A stretch of DNA of 64,000 nt from an uncultured bacterium (GTDB lineage Bacteria > Chlamydiota > Chlamydiia > Chlamydiales > SM23-39). Positions within the stretch are counted from its first letter, which is position 1, and the number at the start of each line of letters is the position of its first letter. Of the stretch, positions 8,737-17,466 are shown piece by piece. The stretch lies in NCBI GenBank assembly GCA_963716985.1, contig OY970323.1:736001-800000 (forward strand), written 5' to 3'. The position numbers and the translations under genes are program-made. The notes under the pieces were generated by a model. That model was given only the letters and a program-made list of their open reading frames with translations. It was not told the DNA's origin and made no database searches.

Positions 8737-10433
8737 AAAAGAGCAGGTGTGTGGGAATTGATCTTGGAACAACCAATTCCGAGGTAGCTATTGTTGTGGA
8801 TGGAAAAGTTCAAGTGATTGCGATAGACGGATCTTGTATTATGCCATCTGTTGTTTCCCTCGATTCGAAAAATAAAATTCTTGTAGGGTCTTTAGCGTTA
8901 AACAACCGTTTGGCGGCTCCTGATCATACGGTTTCTCTTATCAAGAGGAAGATGGGAAAAGATGAGCTGTTGTCTTTGGGAGGTAATAATTATACTCCTG
9001 CAATGATCTCCAGTCTCATATTATCCAGGCTAAAATTAGCTGCTGAGGAATATTTGAAAGAACCTGTAACCCAGGCTGTCATTACGGTTCCGGCTTTTTT
9101 TAATGAGCGGCAACGAGCTGCAACTAAAGAAGCCGGAGAACTTGCAGGATTTGAAGTTTTGCGCCTTTTGAATGAGCCTACTGCTGCTGCCAGGGCGTAT
9201 AATTTTAAGAAAGCTACCGAAGAGACTTGTTTGGTTTATGATTTGGGTGGAGGAACCTTTGATGTCTCTATTGTGCAATTTTCTGATGGCATTATGGAAG
9301 TTCGTGCAAGCAATGGGGATACGGAGCTTGGCGGTTCTGATTTCGATCGAATGATTGCCGAAAAAGCTAACGCAGAATTTATTGAAGAGCATGGGATTGA
9401 TCTGAGCAAAGATATTTTAAGCTGGAATCGCCTTTTGATTGCAGCTGAAAAGGCAAAGATAGCTCTTTCCACGGAAGCTTATGCTGATATGATCGAAGAA
9501 TTTATCTATCAAAAAGATGGAAAATCCTACCACCTGAATTTCAAGATGACAAGAGTGGCGTTTGAAAACATGGTAGGGCCTATTTTGGAAAAAACACTGA
9601 ACTCGGTAAAAAAATCCATGGAGCAGGCTTGCTGTAAAGCAGAAGATTTACATCGTGTAATTCTTGTTGGGGGTTCTACTTACATTCCTAAAGTGTCTCA
9701 GCTTTTAGAAAGGGAATTGAATATTCTGCCTCAAATAGCCATTAATCCTTCTACGGCCGTTGCTCAAGGAGCTGCTATCGAGGCTGCAAATCTTACGGGT
9801 GAAGAGATCGGCTCTTTAATGGTTGATATCACGCCACATAGCTTAGGAATAAAAGTTTTTGCTGATGACCATATGGAAAATGCTTTTCTTATTCGTCGCA
9901 ATACTGTGCTTCCTGCGGTAGCTTCGCAAATTTTTTCCAAAGTTCATGAGGATCAGGATGTTGTGGCCATTTCCGTATATCAGGGAGAGTCGCTTCATTT
10001 GGAGCATAATCAATTTTTGGATGAGTTTCAGCTGACAGGCCTGGCTGAAAGTTGGGATTCAGATATTTGTGTGAAATTTGAATTGGATCGCAGTGGTCTT
10101 TTGATTGTCTCTGCAACTGACGTCGATACGGGTAAAAAGGTCAACAAGACAATTCAGCAAGCATCAAAAATGAGCATGAAAAATGTCCATTTGGCAGATT
10201 TAAGCAAATTGGATTTTGCGATCCAAGAACAATCTTTTGTCGAAGAAACTCTGGAAAAAGAGGAAAAAAAATCTTTAAATGAAGAAATCATACAAAGAGC
10301 TATGAATATTCTCCGTAAGAAAAAGGTTAGCGCAGAAGAAGAAAAGTCGATTCTGCAAGAAATCGAGAAGATCAAAGCTGGCGATAAAGATGCCGAAGCG
10401 AAACTAAAAGAGACGCTCTATTATCTGGATTAG
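8733..10433 (+). CDS. Hsp70/DnaK-family chaperone paralog with shortened lid
   Basis: GIDLGTTNS, AVITVPAFF, LNEPTAAA, VYDLGGGTFDVS, LGGSDFD and ILVGGST motifs; linker LMVDITPHSLGI; 566 aa. Confidence 0.93.
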   Translation: MKKSRCVGIDLGTTNSEVAIVVDGKVQVIAIDGSCIMPSVVSLDSKNKILVGSLALNNRLAAPDHTVSLIKRKMGKDELLSLGGNNYTPAMISSLILSRLKLAAEEYLKEPVTQAVITVPAFFNERQRAATKEAGELAGFEVLRLLNEPTAAARAYNFKKATEETCLVYDLGGGTFDVSIVQFSDGIMEVRASNGDTELGGSDFDRMIAEKANAEFIEEHGIDLSKDILSWNRLLIAAEKAKIALSTEAYADMIEEFIYQKDGKSYHLNFKMTRVAFENMVGPILEKTLNSVKKSMEQACCKAEDLHRVILVGGSTYIPKVSQLLERELNILPQIAINPSTAVAQGAAIEAANLTGEEIGSLMVDITPHSLGIKVFADDHMENAFLIRRNTVLPAVASQIFSKVHEDQDVVAISVYQGESLHLEHNQFLDEFQLTGLAESWDSDICVKFELDRSGLLIVSATDVDTGKKVNKTIQQASKMSMKNVHLADLSKLDFAIQEQSFVEETLEKEEKKSLNEEIIQRAMNILRKKKVSAEEEKSILQEIEKIKAGDKDAEAKLKETLYYLD

Positions 10434-10435
10434 CG

Positions 10436-10810
10436 ATGCAATGTCCGATCTGCAATTTTTTCCATTCTCTCCCTGTTAAGGTTTGTAGTCGTTGTGGCGC
10501 TAACCTCTTTTTGTTAAAAAAAACAAAGGAGGTGGTCTTGACCGGAAAAATTGGTCATATTCTTACCGATTATGTAGGCATTTATAAAAATGATTTTGGA
10601 ATTGTAAATGTTGAGCTTTCAAAAGACAAAATTCAGGCAAGTTTTCAACAAGAGAAGATATTTCTTGCGCATTGTTACCACAATGTATTTGTCGAGCAAG
10701 AAGAAAAAGCTGTTTTTTTTCAATTTTTCGATAACCTCGAAGGAGTGATTGATCGTGTTACGGTTTTTTTTGAAAAAGAGAACGCTACGGAGTTTTTGAA
10801 AATGCTATGA
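10436..10810 (+). CDS. Zinc-ribbon protein with DUF3471-like C-terminal region
   Basis: CPIC-x9-CSRC, followed by LTDYVGIYKN..GIVNV...L.H....F; starts 2 nt after the Hsp70 stop. Confidence 0.5.
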   Translation: MQCPICNFFHSLPVKVCSRCGANLFLLKKTKEVVLTGKIGHILTDYVGIYKNDFGIVNVELSKDKIQASFQQEKIFLAHCYHNVFVEQEEKAVFFQFFDNLEGVIDRVTVFFEKENATEFLKML

Positions 10811-10904
10811 ATTATCAATCTGCTTACAAAACAAATGACCCGTTGACGATGAGCCCCCTGGGAAAAATTCAAAAATGCTATTTTTCTTAAAAAAAACTTC
10901 TAGG

Positions 10905-10949
10905 TGATCGATTTGACGAGGGGGATGGGTTAAACCATCCCTACTCTAC
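10905..10949 (+). mobile_element. Group II intron 3'-end remnant (lower domain V plus domain VI)
   Basis: GATTTGACGAGGGG-GATGGG-TTAAA-CCATCCC-TACTCTAC: DVI hairpin with a bulged A 7 nt from a terminal AC. Confidence 0.6.
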
Positions 10950-11000
10950 CCCCGGAGATCTTGGACATTGTCGGTATCATAATCCTTAAAAATTGATCCG

Positions 11001-11558
11001 TCAGGAATGTTGGGTAAAGTAGTTTAATTTTTTTAAGAAAGAATCAAATTTTTGGGGATGCCCTTCCCGAATAGACCACCTCTTAATTTCTCGAAGATCA
11101 ATTTTTTGAGAAATCTCTTTGCAAAGTGTTATGGCCTGATCTAGAGCCTGGTTGTCGCCCCAATGATAAAAGCTGGCAAGACGATCTTTCACACTATCTG
11201 TGGGAGTGAGCATTTTGATAATTCCTAGAGGAGTTTGACGATCTTCAAAATGATGGATCGGCTCGTTTCCAATGGAAACAGGAGGTGAAACGAATTCGAT
11301 AAAATATTGGCAATGGGGATGGCTGAAATATTTCCCTTTCTTCTGAAAGTCCAACTCATTTAAGGCTTTTGCAACTGTTTTCATGTCTTCGTAGGTTACA
11401 TAATCCAAGTCATAGGATTGATAGCGATTATGAGAATAAATGGAAACACAAGCGCCGCCTACTAAAACACTTTCTATCCCATGCTTTTTTAATTTTTCCG
11501 ATACGATGGCAGCAAGCTCTTCAAGGGTAATTTCTTTATCATTGATCTTTTTGTTCAT
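11001..11558 (-). CDS. Nucleotidyltransferase-fold protein, putative type IV-like TA toxin
   Basis: VLVGGACVSIYS...SYDLDYV (GG...DxD) Pol-beta superfamily motif. Confidence 0.7.
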   Translation of the reverse strand: MNKKINDKEITLEELAAIVSEKLKKHGIESVLVGGACVSIYSHNRYQSYDLDYVTYEDMKTVAKALNELDFQKKGKYFSHPHCQYFIEFVSPPVSIGNEPIHHFEDRQTPLGIIKMLTPTDSVKDRLASFYHWGDNQALDQAITLCKEISQKIDLREIKRWSIREGHPQKFDSFLKKLNYFTQHS

Positions 11559-11890
11559 AGAGGTTTTCCTTTTTTCCGAGGTCTTTTCCTGATCATCGGT
11601 TCATAATATTTATCCTTTATCTCTTGGGGGAGAAATGCATAAGCTTTTGTAAGAAAAGCTTTCAATTCTTGCAAAAAGGGATATCTGGGATTGAATTGAT
11701 ACCAGCGAGTTTTTCCTTCCAAAAAACTGACAATGATACCACCGGTTTCTAATCGATCTAAAACCTTCTGAAAGGGAGACAAGGCTTGTCCAAAAGTTCG
11801 GCGCAACTGTCCTCCATAACAACGATCATTGATCAAAAGATAAAAAAGAACTTTTTCTACGTTCTTCCCTCCGAAAATTGACTCTAGCAT
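11555..11890 (-). CDS. Winged-helix DNA-binding protein, putative antitoxin/autoregulator
   Basis: LSPFQKVLDRLETGGIIVSFLEGKTRWYQFNPRYP wHTH; ATGA overlap with the NTase gene. Confidence 0.75.
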   Translation of the reverse strand: MLESIFGGKNVEKVLFYLLINDRCYGGQLRRTFGQALSPFQKVLDRLETGGIIVSFLEGKTRWYQFNPRYPFLQELKAFLTKAYAFLPQEIKDKYYEPMIRKRPRKKGKPL

Positions 11891-11899
11891 AATGAACTT

Positions 11900-11936
11900 A
11901 CCTATATTTTAGGTTATATAACCTATAATATAGGTT
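11900..11936. promoter_or_regulatory. Tandem palindromic operators upstream of the wHTH-NTase operon
   Basis: ACCTATATTTTAGGT followed by AACCTATAATATAGGTT. Confidence 0.6.
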
Positions 11937-12012
11937 GAATGTTTATGAGGCAATTCAATTTTTTTAGCCTTTGTTAAGAACTGATAGAGGAGGAGGTTGA
12001 ATGTAATGTCAT

Positions 12013-12080
12013 TAAAAAGAAAAAGGCCGAGTTCGATAACCCGGCTGGAATGGAGGTGGGGATATGCATTCGGAACTTTT
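12013..12080 (-). repeat. tmRNA-3'-end junction repeat, copy 1 (att-like)
   Basis: AAAAAGGCCG...CCGGCT hairpin + TGGAGGTGGGGATA + TGCATTCGGAACTTTT; compare the tmRNA end at 22345-22395. Confidence 0.75.
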
Positions 12081-12108
12081 TCTTAGAAAAAAATCAAGAT
12101 TCCCGAAT

Positions 12109-12387
12109 TTAAATTAGGTGTTTGAGTTTGCCGTTTTTTTGGAGTGCTTTGCGTTGTTTTGTCCAATCCCACCAATTGGAAGATTCTCCTGTAGCAGCTT
12201 CATGAATAATTGCTGCAAAAACGTCCCATACGCAGGGATCTTGCCTTTTTTGCGTTCGCCTTTCGAGCTCTTTGAATAAGAAGGTCGGATCTTTAAGTGC
12301 TAGTTCTTCTACGGTATTGATTCCCAGAATGGATAAGTCTTTAAGGGTTGCTTTTCCTACATTTTTCAGGTCGATTAATTTTTTCAT
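12109..12387 (-). CDS. Helix-hairpin-helix protein (Cdd1/pathogenicity-locus family)
   Basis: LKNVGKATLKDLSILGI, QDPCVWDVF and NWWDWT motifs. Confidence 0.8.
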   Translation of the reverse strand: MKKLIDLKNVGKATLKDLSILGINTVEELALKDPTFLFKELERRTQKRQDPCVWDVFAAIIHEAATGESSNWWDWTKQRKALQKNGKLKHLI

Positions 12388-12390
12388 CCT

Positions 12391-12441
12391 ATTGGCAGCG
12401 CGGAAACCCACTCCTTTAGGGGTGGGAGGAAGCGCTGCTCC
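12391..12441. mobile_element. IS200/IS605-type terminal hairpin remnant
   Basis: GCAGCG..AAACCCACTCCTTTAGGGGTGGGAGGAAGCGCTGC imperfect palindrome. Confidence 0.5.
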
Positions 12442-12456
12442 TTTGTTAATTGTTAA

Positions 12457-12735
12457 CCCAAGTTTGCAGGCCCTCCTCGGAGAAGCCAGAAAAGTGGGGC
12501 ATATTCGGCACTACATCTTGAATTTCACAAGATCGTTTTGCGCGCTCCAAGAATTTGGGAAGATAGTCCCAAAGCTTTATATAATTCCCCCTGTTCGCCT
12601 TCAGCTTTCGAGGAACTGCGATGATACAGAATTCTCCCATTCTCCATGTTAGCTTGCGTGGTTACTCTAATCCGAGATCTCATGATTTTCCGCACTGTCT
12701 TCCAATGATAATGAATTCCTTTCTGCTGTAATTGA
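12457..12735 (-). pseudogene. IS1634-like transposase C-terminal remnant with terminal sequence
   Basis: YHWKTVRKIMRSRIRVTT...RSSSKAEGEQGELYKALGL resembles an IS1634 C-terminus; truncated at the junction repeat. Confidence 0.6.
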
Positions 12736-12750
12736 TAAAATGAATTGAGA

Positions 12751-12828
12751 ATAAAAAAGGCCAGGAATTTTCCTGGTCTTTTGGTATTTTTGGAGGCGGA
12801 GAGATGCATTGCAGAACTTTCAACTGGA
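12751..12828 (-). repeat. tmRNA-3'-end junction repeat, copy 2 (best preserved)
   Basis: ATAAAAAAGGCCAGGAATTTTCCTGGTC + TGGAGGCGGAGAGA (13/14 identical to the tmRNA end) + TGCATTGCAGAACTTTCAACTGGA. Confidence 0.85.
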
Positions 12829-13107
12829 TCGAAGCACTGAGAGCATTCAAATCCCAGGGAAATTGCACGAAATTTTCCAGTCATTGATTCTTAGTTATTT
12901 GTGTTTTTCAAACTGAGATCCAGTTGGGTTTGGAGATATGTTTGAAGAAGCACAAAATGTGCTTTTTGAGAGGAGAACTTTTTACGATAAAAAAAACAAG
13001 AAATTCTTCATGCAATCTCCCTGGTAAGAACGTGAAAGAAATGATCTTTTTTGAGTGAAAATTCATATAAAGGGGTTGGACGCAATACCTAAGCGGCAAA
13101 TAATTTA

Positions 13108-13749
13108 TCATATAATCGTCCTGGTATCTTGGCTCATCGCCTTGAGTTGATTATTTGCTTTGTTCCATTTTTCATCGATCAGATGTCCGCCATTTACAAA
13201 TAAAAAATACAAAGCAACAGCAGGAAAATTAAGGATAATCTCGAGGCGCTTCATAATCTCGCTTCCCAAAATGCGATTTCTTTCTAAAGCATTCAACGAA
13301 GCTTGTGAAAACTCAAAAACTGCTGCAAATTCACGAGTAGTTAATCCCAGAGATTTTCTAAAAGTGATCACATCTTTAATTGTTACTTTTCGTTCAAAGA
13401 TGGGGAAAAAAATGAATGAAGAGGGGCCTTTTCTGCCAATTGTAGATAAAAGAATAAGAGGATCGCGCTCTTTAGGATCCACCCCCATAGCCAAACAATA
13501 TTCCGGGTAGGCAGGATTTTGAAGAGAAGGGATGCGATCTTCCAGCGAAGGGAAGAGATGTGTGGAAACAAACTCTTTTTGAGTTAAGGGGAGCTCTGGG
13601 CCAAGCGGGATAACATTTTTTGCTTTAAAATAGTGGTCATCATAGGTAAAAACTAGTTTTTTTTTCCTTCGATATAGGGCTCCGACAGGTAGCATTGTTC
13701 TGCGTTTTTCCAAAAATATACGAACTCCAATAATTTTTAAACTTTGCAT
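13108..13749 (-). CDS. HipA N-terminal (HipS-like) domain fused to an XRE HTH, putative antitoxin
   Basis: VGAL...FTYDD.Y...PLGPELPL...LFPSLEDRIP, then FRKSLGLTTREFAAVFEFSQASLNALER HTH. Confidence 0.8.
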   Translation of the reverse strand: MQSLKIIGVRIFLEKRRTMLPVGALYRRKKKLVFTYDDHYFKAKNVIPLGPELPLTQKEFVSTHLFPSLEDRIPSLQNPAYPEYCLAMGVDPKERDPLILLSTIGRKGPSSFIFFPIFERKVTIKDVITFRKSLGLTTREFAAVFEFSQASLNALERNRILGSEIMKRLEIILNFPAVALYFLFVNGGHLIDEKWNKANNQLKAMSQDTRTII

Positions 13750-14639
13750 AGCTCCTCGCTTCGGCTTGTAATGAGACGCAAAAGAGCTTTTTGTCTTTTT
13801 TCACTAAGGTAACTTTTATCAAACAGGCTTTTAATTTTTTCTAATGAAAGCTGCTTTCGAAAACGGTCGACGACATCTTCATAACCCAGGCGATTCCATT
13901 CTCGGACATAATCTTTCATTGTTGGTTTGTCAGTTTCTTTAGTAAAGATAGCTCCTCTTGGTTGAAAATCTGCCCCCAATATGGAAGGGTCTTCTAAAGC
14001 TAAGGACGAGGGATTATCGTAAAAAGGAGTTAGGTGCATTGCTTTTGCAGATCGAATAAAACCTAAATTGCGGCCATGACGATCGTGATTCCCTATCAAA
14101 CTATCTGCCAAGGTAAGATAAGCAAACCTCTCTTGTTCAGCTCTTCTTCCGGTCTGCTTTCCAATGATATCAACAAGATTTTCACAATCGTAACTCATTT
14201 TGCTTTCTACTAGATGATAAAGATGAACGAGATTAGAGCTTGTTAATTCGGACATGAAATTTTTAGTAACAAAACAAAATTGATTTTCTGGAAATCTAAC
14301 TAAATAATAATCTGGTATGTGTATATTTAAGTTTTCAAAGATCTGATTGCATAAAAATTCTGTAGCAGGTAGCTCGGGGTATTCTTTCTGTTGAACTTTT
14401 AGAATATAGCTAACGTTCCCTAAGCGAGTAGAATATTTGCGATAAGCACCATTAAAAAAACTTATAGTTAATCTTTGATTTTCTTGCAGGTCGAGGGATT
14501 GGGATCTGGCAATAAGATCTAAAAATTTACAATCTTCGTGCAAACCAAACCATTCTTTAAAGCAACGATTATGTAGTCCATAACAAGATTCTTCATTCCT
14601 AGAGAGTGGTTGATGACAGTAACAACAAAAAATTTGCAT
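13737..14639 (-). CDS. HipA-family kinase (HipT-like, lacking the N-subdomain), putative toxin
   Basis: SFFNGAYRK, YILK, E.LCNQI, LIGNHDRHGRN and LTPFYD motifs; N-terminal CCYC..H..C; RBS before ATG 14639. Confidence 0.85.
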   Translation of the reverse strand: MQIFCCYCHQPLSRNEESCYGLHNRCFKEWFGLHEDCKFLDLIARSQSLDLQENQRLTISFFNGAYRKYSTRLGNVSYILKVQQKEYPELPATEFLCNQIFENLNIHIPDYYLVRFPENQFCFVTKNFMSELTSSNLVHLYHLVESKMSYDCENLVDIIGKQTGRRAEQERFAYLTLADSLIGNHDRHGRNLGFIRSAKAMHLTPFYDNPSSLALEDPSILGADFQPRGAIFTKETDKPTMKDYVREWNRLGYEDVVDRFRKQLSLEKIKSLFDKSYLSEKRQKALLRLITSRSEELCKV

Positions 14640-14670
14640 TGTGAGTTGTCCTTTCTTTTCATCATAAACA

Positions 14671-14719
14671 TGATACAATATTGTGTCAAGTTAAACATGA
14701 CACAATGTTGTGTCATGTT
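14671..14719. promoter_or_regulatory. Two tandem palindromic operators upstream of the hip operon
   Basis: TGATACAATATTGTGTCA and AACATGACACAATGTTGTGTCATGTT. Confidence 0.7.
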
Positions 14720-14820
14720 ATTTCTATATTGTTAATAATGAAAGGTTTGGCGCTGAAAAAATGGGCATGTCTTATCTGGGATTTGGACTTATTTTGCTCT
14801 CTTTGAACACAGTGGCATTT

Positions 14821-14866
14821 AAAAGAAAAAGGCCGAGGGGAGATGCATTCAGAACTTTTCAGTGGG
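14821..14866 (-). repeat. tmRNA-3'-end junction repeat, copy 3 (internally deleted)
   Basis: AAAAGAAAAAGGCCGAG + GGGAGA + TGCATTCAGAACTTTTCAGTGG. Confidence 0.7.
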
Positions 14867-15120
14867 ATAAGATTAAAACACCCATGAGTGCGCCTTCATC
14901 GCCTCACAATAGTCCATGAAAAGCCCTCTTGGATCCAAGATCAACAAATGTTGGCAAAATTTTAGCACAAGGCGCAGATCTGCTCGCTATAAAATGTTAT
15001 GAAGAGTTTGATTAAAAATGTTGGCAGCGCAGACAGACCGCGTATGCCGAGGATATTGCGTTACTTGAATCTCTCATAGATAGAGCAAAGTCAGCAGAAG
15101 ATATTTCTGAAAGACGGTGA

Positions 15121-15152
15121 ATAAAAAGGAGCATTCAGAACTTTTGACTGGA
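15121..15152 (-). repeat. tmRNA-3'-end junction repeat, copy 4 (further deleted)
   Basis: ATAAAAAGG + AGCATTCAGAACTTTTGACTGGA. Confidence 0.6.
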
Positions 15153-15211
15153 GAGGTTCCTCAATTCCAACTATGATAATTTCTAAAATTTAGTTTCAGA
15201 GGATTCTAGCC

Positions 15212-15394
15212 GTGTCAAATGGTGAAATCATTCTTTATACCACTGAAGATGGTCAAACTTCCATCCAACTTAGAGCCGAAGAGGGCACTGTTTGGTTAAC
15301 TCGAATGGAAATCGCAGACCTTTTTCAAACCACGCCGCAAAATATAACTCTTCACATACAAGGAGTTTGCGATGAAAACGAGGTGGATCTGGCG
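15212..15394 (+). pseudogene. RhuM-family protein N-terminal fragment, truncated by a MITE
   Basis: EIILYTTEDGQTSIQL...TVWLTRMEIADLFQTTPQNITLHI is the typical RhuM N-terminus. Confidence 0.8.
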
Positions 15395-15518
15395 GGCCTT
15401 GTTCACTTCGAGAGGGAAAACTTTCGATCAGTGGATGGCACAAGTCAGCAAAGTCGCCCTCATCATTGAAAAACAAAGTCAGTCGCATTAACAACTGACC
15501 GAAGAAGTGAACATGGCC
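15395..15518 (-). mobile_element. 124-bp MITE, copy A (IS1595/ISPna2-like ends)
   Basis: TIRs GGCC(A/T)TGTTCACTTC; inverted copy of 15721-15844. Confidence 0.9.
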
Positions 15519-15720
15519 ATATTGGATAGTAAGGGTGAAAGAGGACCTCCTTGCGGAGTTCCTTCTTCCGTAGGTTTTACAAGACCATCCTCCATAACTC
15601 CTGCTTGTAAAAATCTTCTTACCAGTAGGAGGATCTTTTTATCTTTTACCTGTCTTGCTATTCTTGCCATAAGCATATCATGATTAACCCTGTCGAAAAA
15701 CTTTTCCAAGTCAATGTCTA
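15519..15720 (-). pseudogene. Inverted internal fragment of a group II intron reverse transcriptase
   Basis: DIDLEKFFDRVNHD...GTPQGGPLSPLLSN on the minus strand; the frame continues on the plus strand after MITE copy B. Confidence 0.9.
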
Positions 15721-15844
15721 GGCCATGTTCACTTCTTCGGTCAGTTGTTAATGCGACTGACTTTGTTTTTCAATGATGAGGGCGACTTTGCTGACTTGTG
15801 CCATCCACTGATCGAAAGTTTTCCCTCTCGAAGTGAACAAGGCC
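15721..15844 (+). mobile_element. 124-bp MITE, copy B
   Basis: Same TIRs as copy A. Followed by TCCAATAT, whose reverse complement abuts copy A (8-bp TSD). Confidence 0.9.
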
Positions 15845-16584
15845 TCCAATATTATGCTGGACGATTTTGATAAAGAGCTCGAGAAAAGAGGCTTACGGTT
15901 TGTGAGATACGCGGATGACTGTAACACATACGTAAAGTCCGAGAAAGCAGGCAAACGTGTAATGGAAGCAACTGTAAGATATCTAATAGAAGAGCTCAAA
16001 CTCAAAGTCAACCAAAAGAAAAGTGCTGTAGATAACCCATGGAACCGTAAATTTTTAGGTTTTACTTTTACAAAAGAAGAAAATCAGATTACGGTTCATG
16101 GAAGTCGAGTGAAACGTTTAAAAGACAAAATAAGAGACTTAACCCAAAAGATGAGGGGCAGTAAGATCACCGATAGTATTCGGAAGAAAATAATGCCTAT
16201 CACTAGAGGCTGGGCTAATTATTTTGGCATAGCAGAAACACGTAGCATTTTTAAGACGTTGGATGGATGGATCAGACGTAAGATACGTGGGATTCTTTGG
16301 AGACAGTGGAAGACTCCTCATACTCGATATAAGCGTCTGAAAGCAGCGGGTCTAAAAGAGAGGGAAGCAAAGATAACGGCACATAGCAGTAAAGGTCCAT
16401 GGAGAATGTCCAGGGCACCTGGTGTGCATAAAGCTTTGTCGAACGAGAAGATCGAAACGATGGGTTATATATCAATGATGAGTATCGTTCAGGCTAGGTC
16501 ACAGTAATCATGAACCGCTGTATACGGTTCCGTACGTACAGTGGTGTGAGAGGACGGGGGCTTTAAAACCCCCTCCTACTCGAT
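15845..16584 (+). mobile_element. 3' part of a class C group II intron (RT C-terminus with YADD, maturase domain, DV-DVI)
   Basis: RYADD, FLGF and GWANYF motifs, stop at 16507; DV GAACCGCTGTATACG...CGTACAGTGGTGTGAGAGG; end CCTACTCGAT. Confidence 0.9.
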
Positions 16585-16636
16585 CGCTCGTCTTCATAAA
16601 AAATCTATCAATTCATTTGTCGGGACCTATAGTGCG

Positions 16637-16758
16637 ATTTTCGATGATGGGGAGCTGGAGTCGACTCGAGTTTGTCGGAAATTCCGACAAACTGCCGATG
16701 ACGGAAAGCTCTATGACGTAATTCACTACAACCTTGAGGGAACTCACCTTTTTTATTA
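16637..16758 (+). pseudogene. Second RhuM-like fragment
   Basis: Manual translation IFDDGELESTRVCRKFRQTADDGKLYDVIHYNLE. Confidence 0.6.
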
Positions 16759-16848
16759 AATTAAGAAGAGTCAAGATATTAGAGCGGGTTTTCCTCAGTA
16801 TGTCCATTTTTTCTGGACATGCTGAGGAAAAAATGCATAATAAAAGTT

Positions 16849-17466
16849 ATGGACTTTAATTTATTTAGACAAGAAACCGATTCGGAAGTATTTGATTATC
16901 AGTATCTTGCGGATCATTTTAGGAATTTAAAAAAACCAAGAGACAAGGTTACCTCTTTAGTTGCTGAAGGTAAGGTTCTTAGGGTAAAAAAGGGAATTTA
17001 CGTTTTTGGTGAAAGGTGGCGCAAAGCTCCTCTTTCATTAGAGATGGTGGCTAATGTGCTCTACGGTCCTTCTTGCGTTTCCTTTGAATATGCTCTGACT
17101 CGCTATGGTCTTCTTGCTGAGAGATCATCTGTGATCACATGTCTGACGATTGGCGATACGAAAACCTTTCAAACGCCGCTTGGAATCTTTGAATACCGAG
17201 CAACTGATAGGGAAAAATTTAAAATAGGCATAGAATATAGAGACTTGGGAAAAGAGGGAGGGTATCTGATCGCATCGAAAGAAAAAGCATTGGCGGATTT
17301 TGTATATCGAACACCTGGTATCCGAACTTTAGGGCAACTCCGCTATTATCTTTTTGAAGAAATGCGAGTGGATAAAACAATATTCGAGAAGTTAAATAAA
17401 GACGTTTTTCGCGCGATTGCAAAAGTTTATAAAAAAAAGAGCATTATGCTGCTGAGTCAATTATGA
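16849..17466 (+). CDS. AbiEi-like type IV TA antitoxin
   Basis: LRVKKGIYV, YGPSCVSFEYAL..YGL and ASKEKALAD motifs. Confidence 0.8.
   Translation: MDFNLFRQETDSEVFDYQYLADHFRNLKKPRDKVTSLVAEGKVLRVKKGIYVFGERWRKAPLSLEMVANVLYGPSCVSFEYALTRYGLLAERSSVITCLTIGDTKTFQTPLGIFEYRATDREKFKIGIEYRDLGKEGGYLIASKEKALADFVYRTPGIRTLGQLRYYLFEEMRVDKTIFEKLNKDVFRAIAKVYKKKSIMLLSQL

Noticed and set aside
8733..10433. Housekeeping dnaK call
   Set aside because: No hrcA or CIRCE context, short C-terminus, divergent linker and accessory location; treated as a paralog.
12525..12884. Intact 119-aa protein
   Set aside because: It is chimeric: an IS1634-like C-terminus read in from across junction repeat 2.
14710..14919. 69-aa ORF containing DAFRTFQW
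   Set aside because: It spans junction repeat 3 and the hip promoter, with no other support as a gene.
12013..15152. CRISPR array interpretation of the recurring GCATTC..GAACTTT motif
   Set aside because: Spacing is 0.3-2 kb and irregular, the intervals contain genes, and no cas genes are present.
15270..16011. Short ORFs overlapping the MITEs (also 61617-61967)
   Set aside because: The shared peptide text comes from the repeated MITE sequence, not from real genes.
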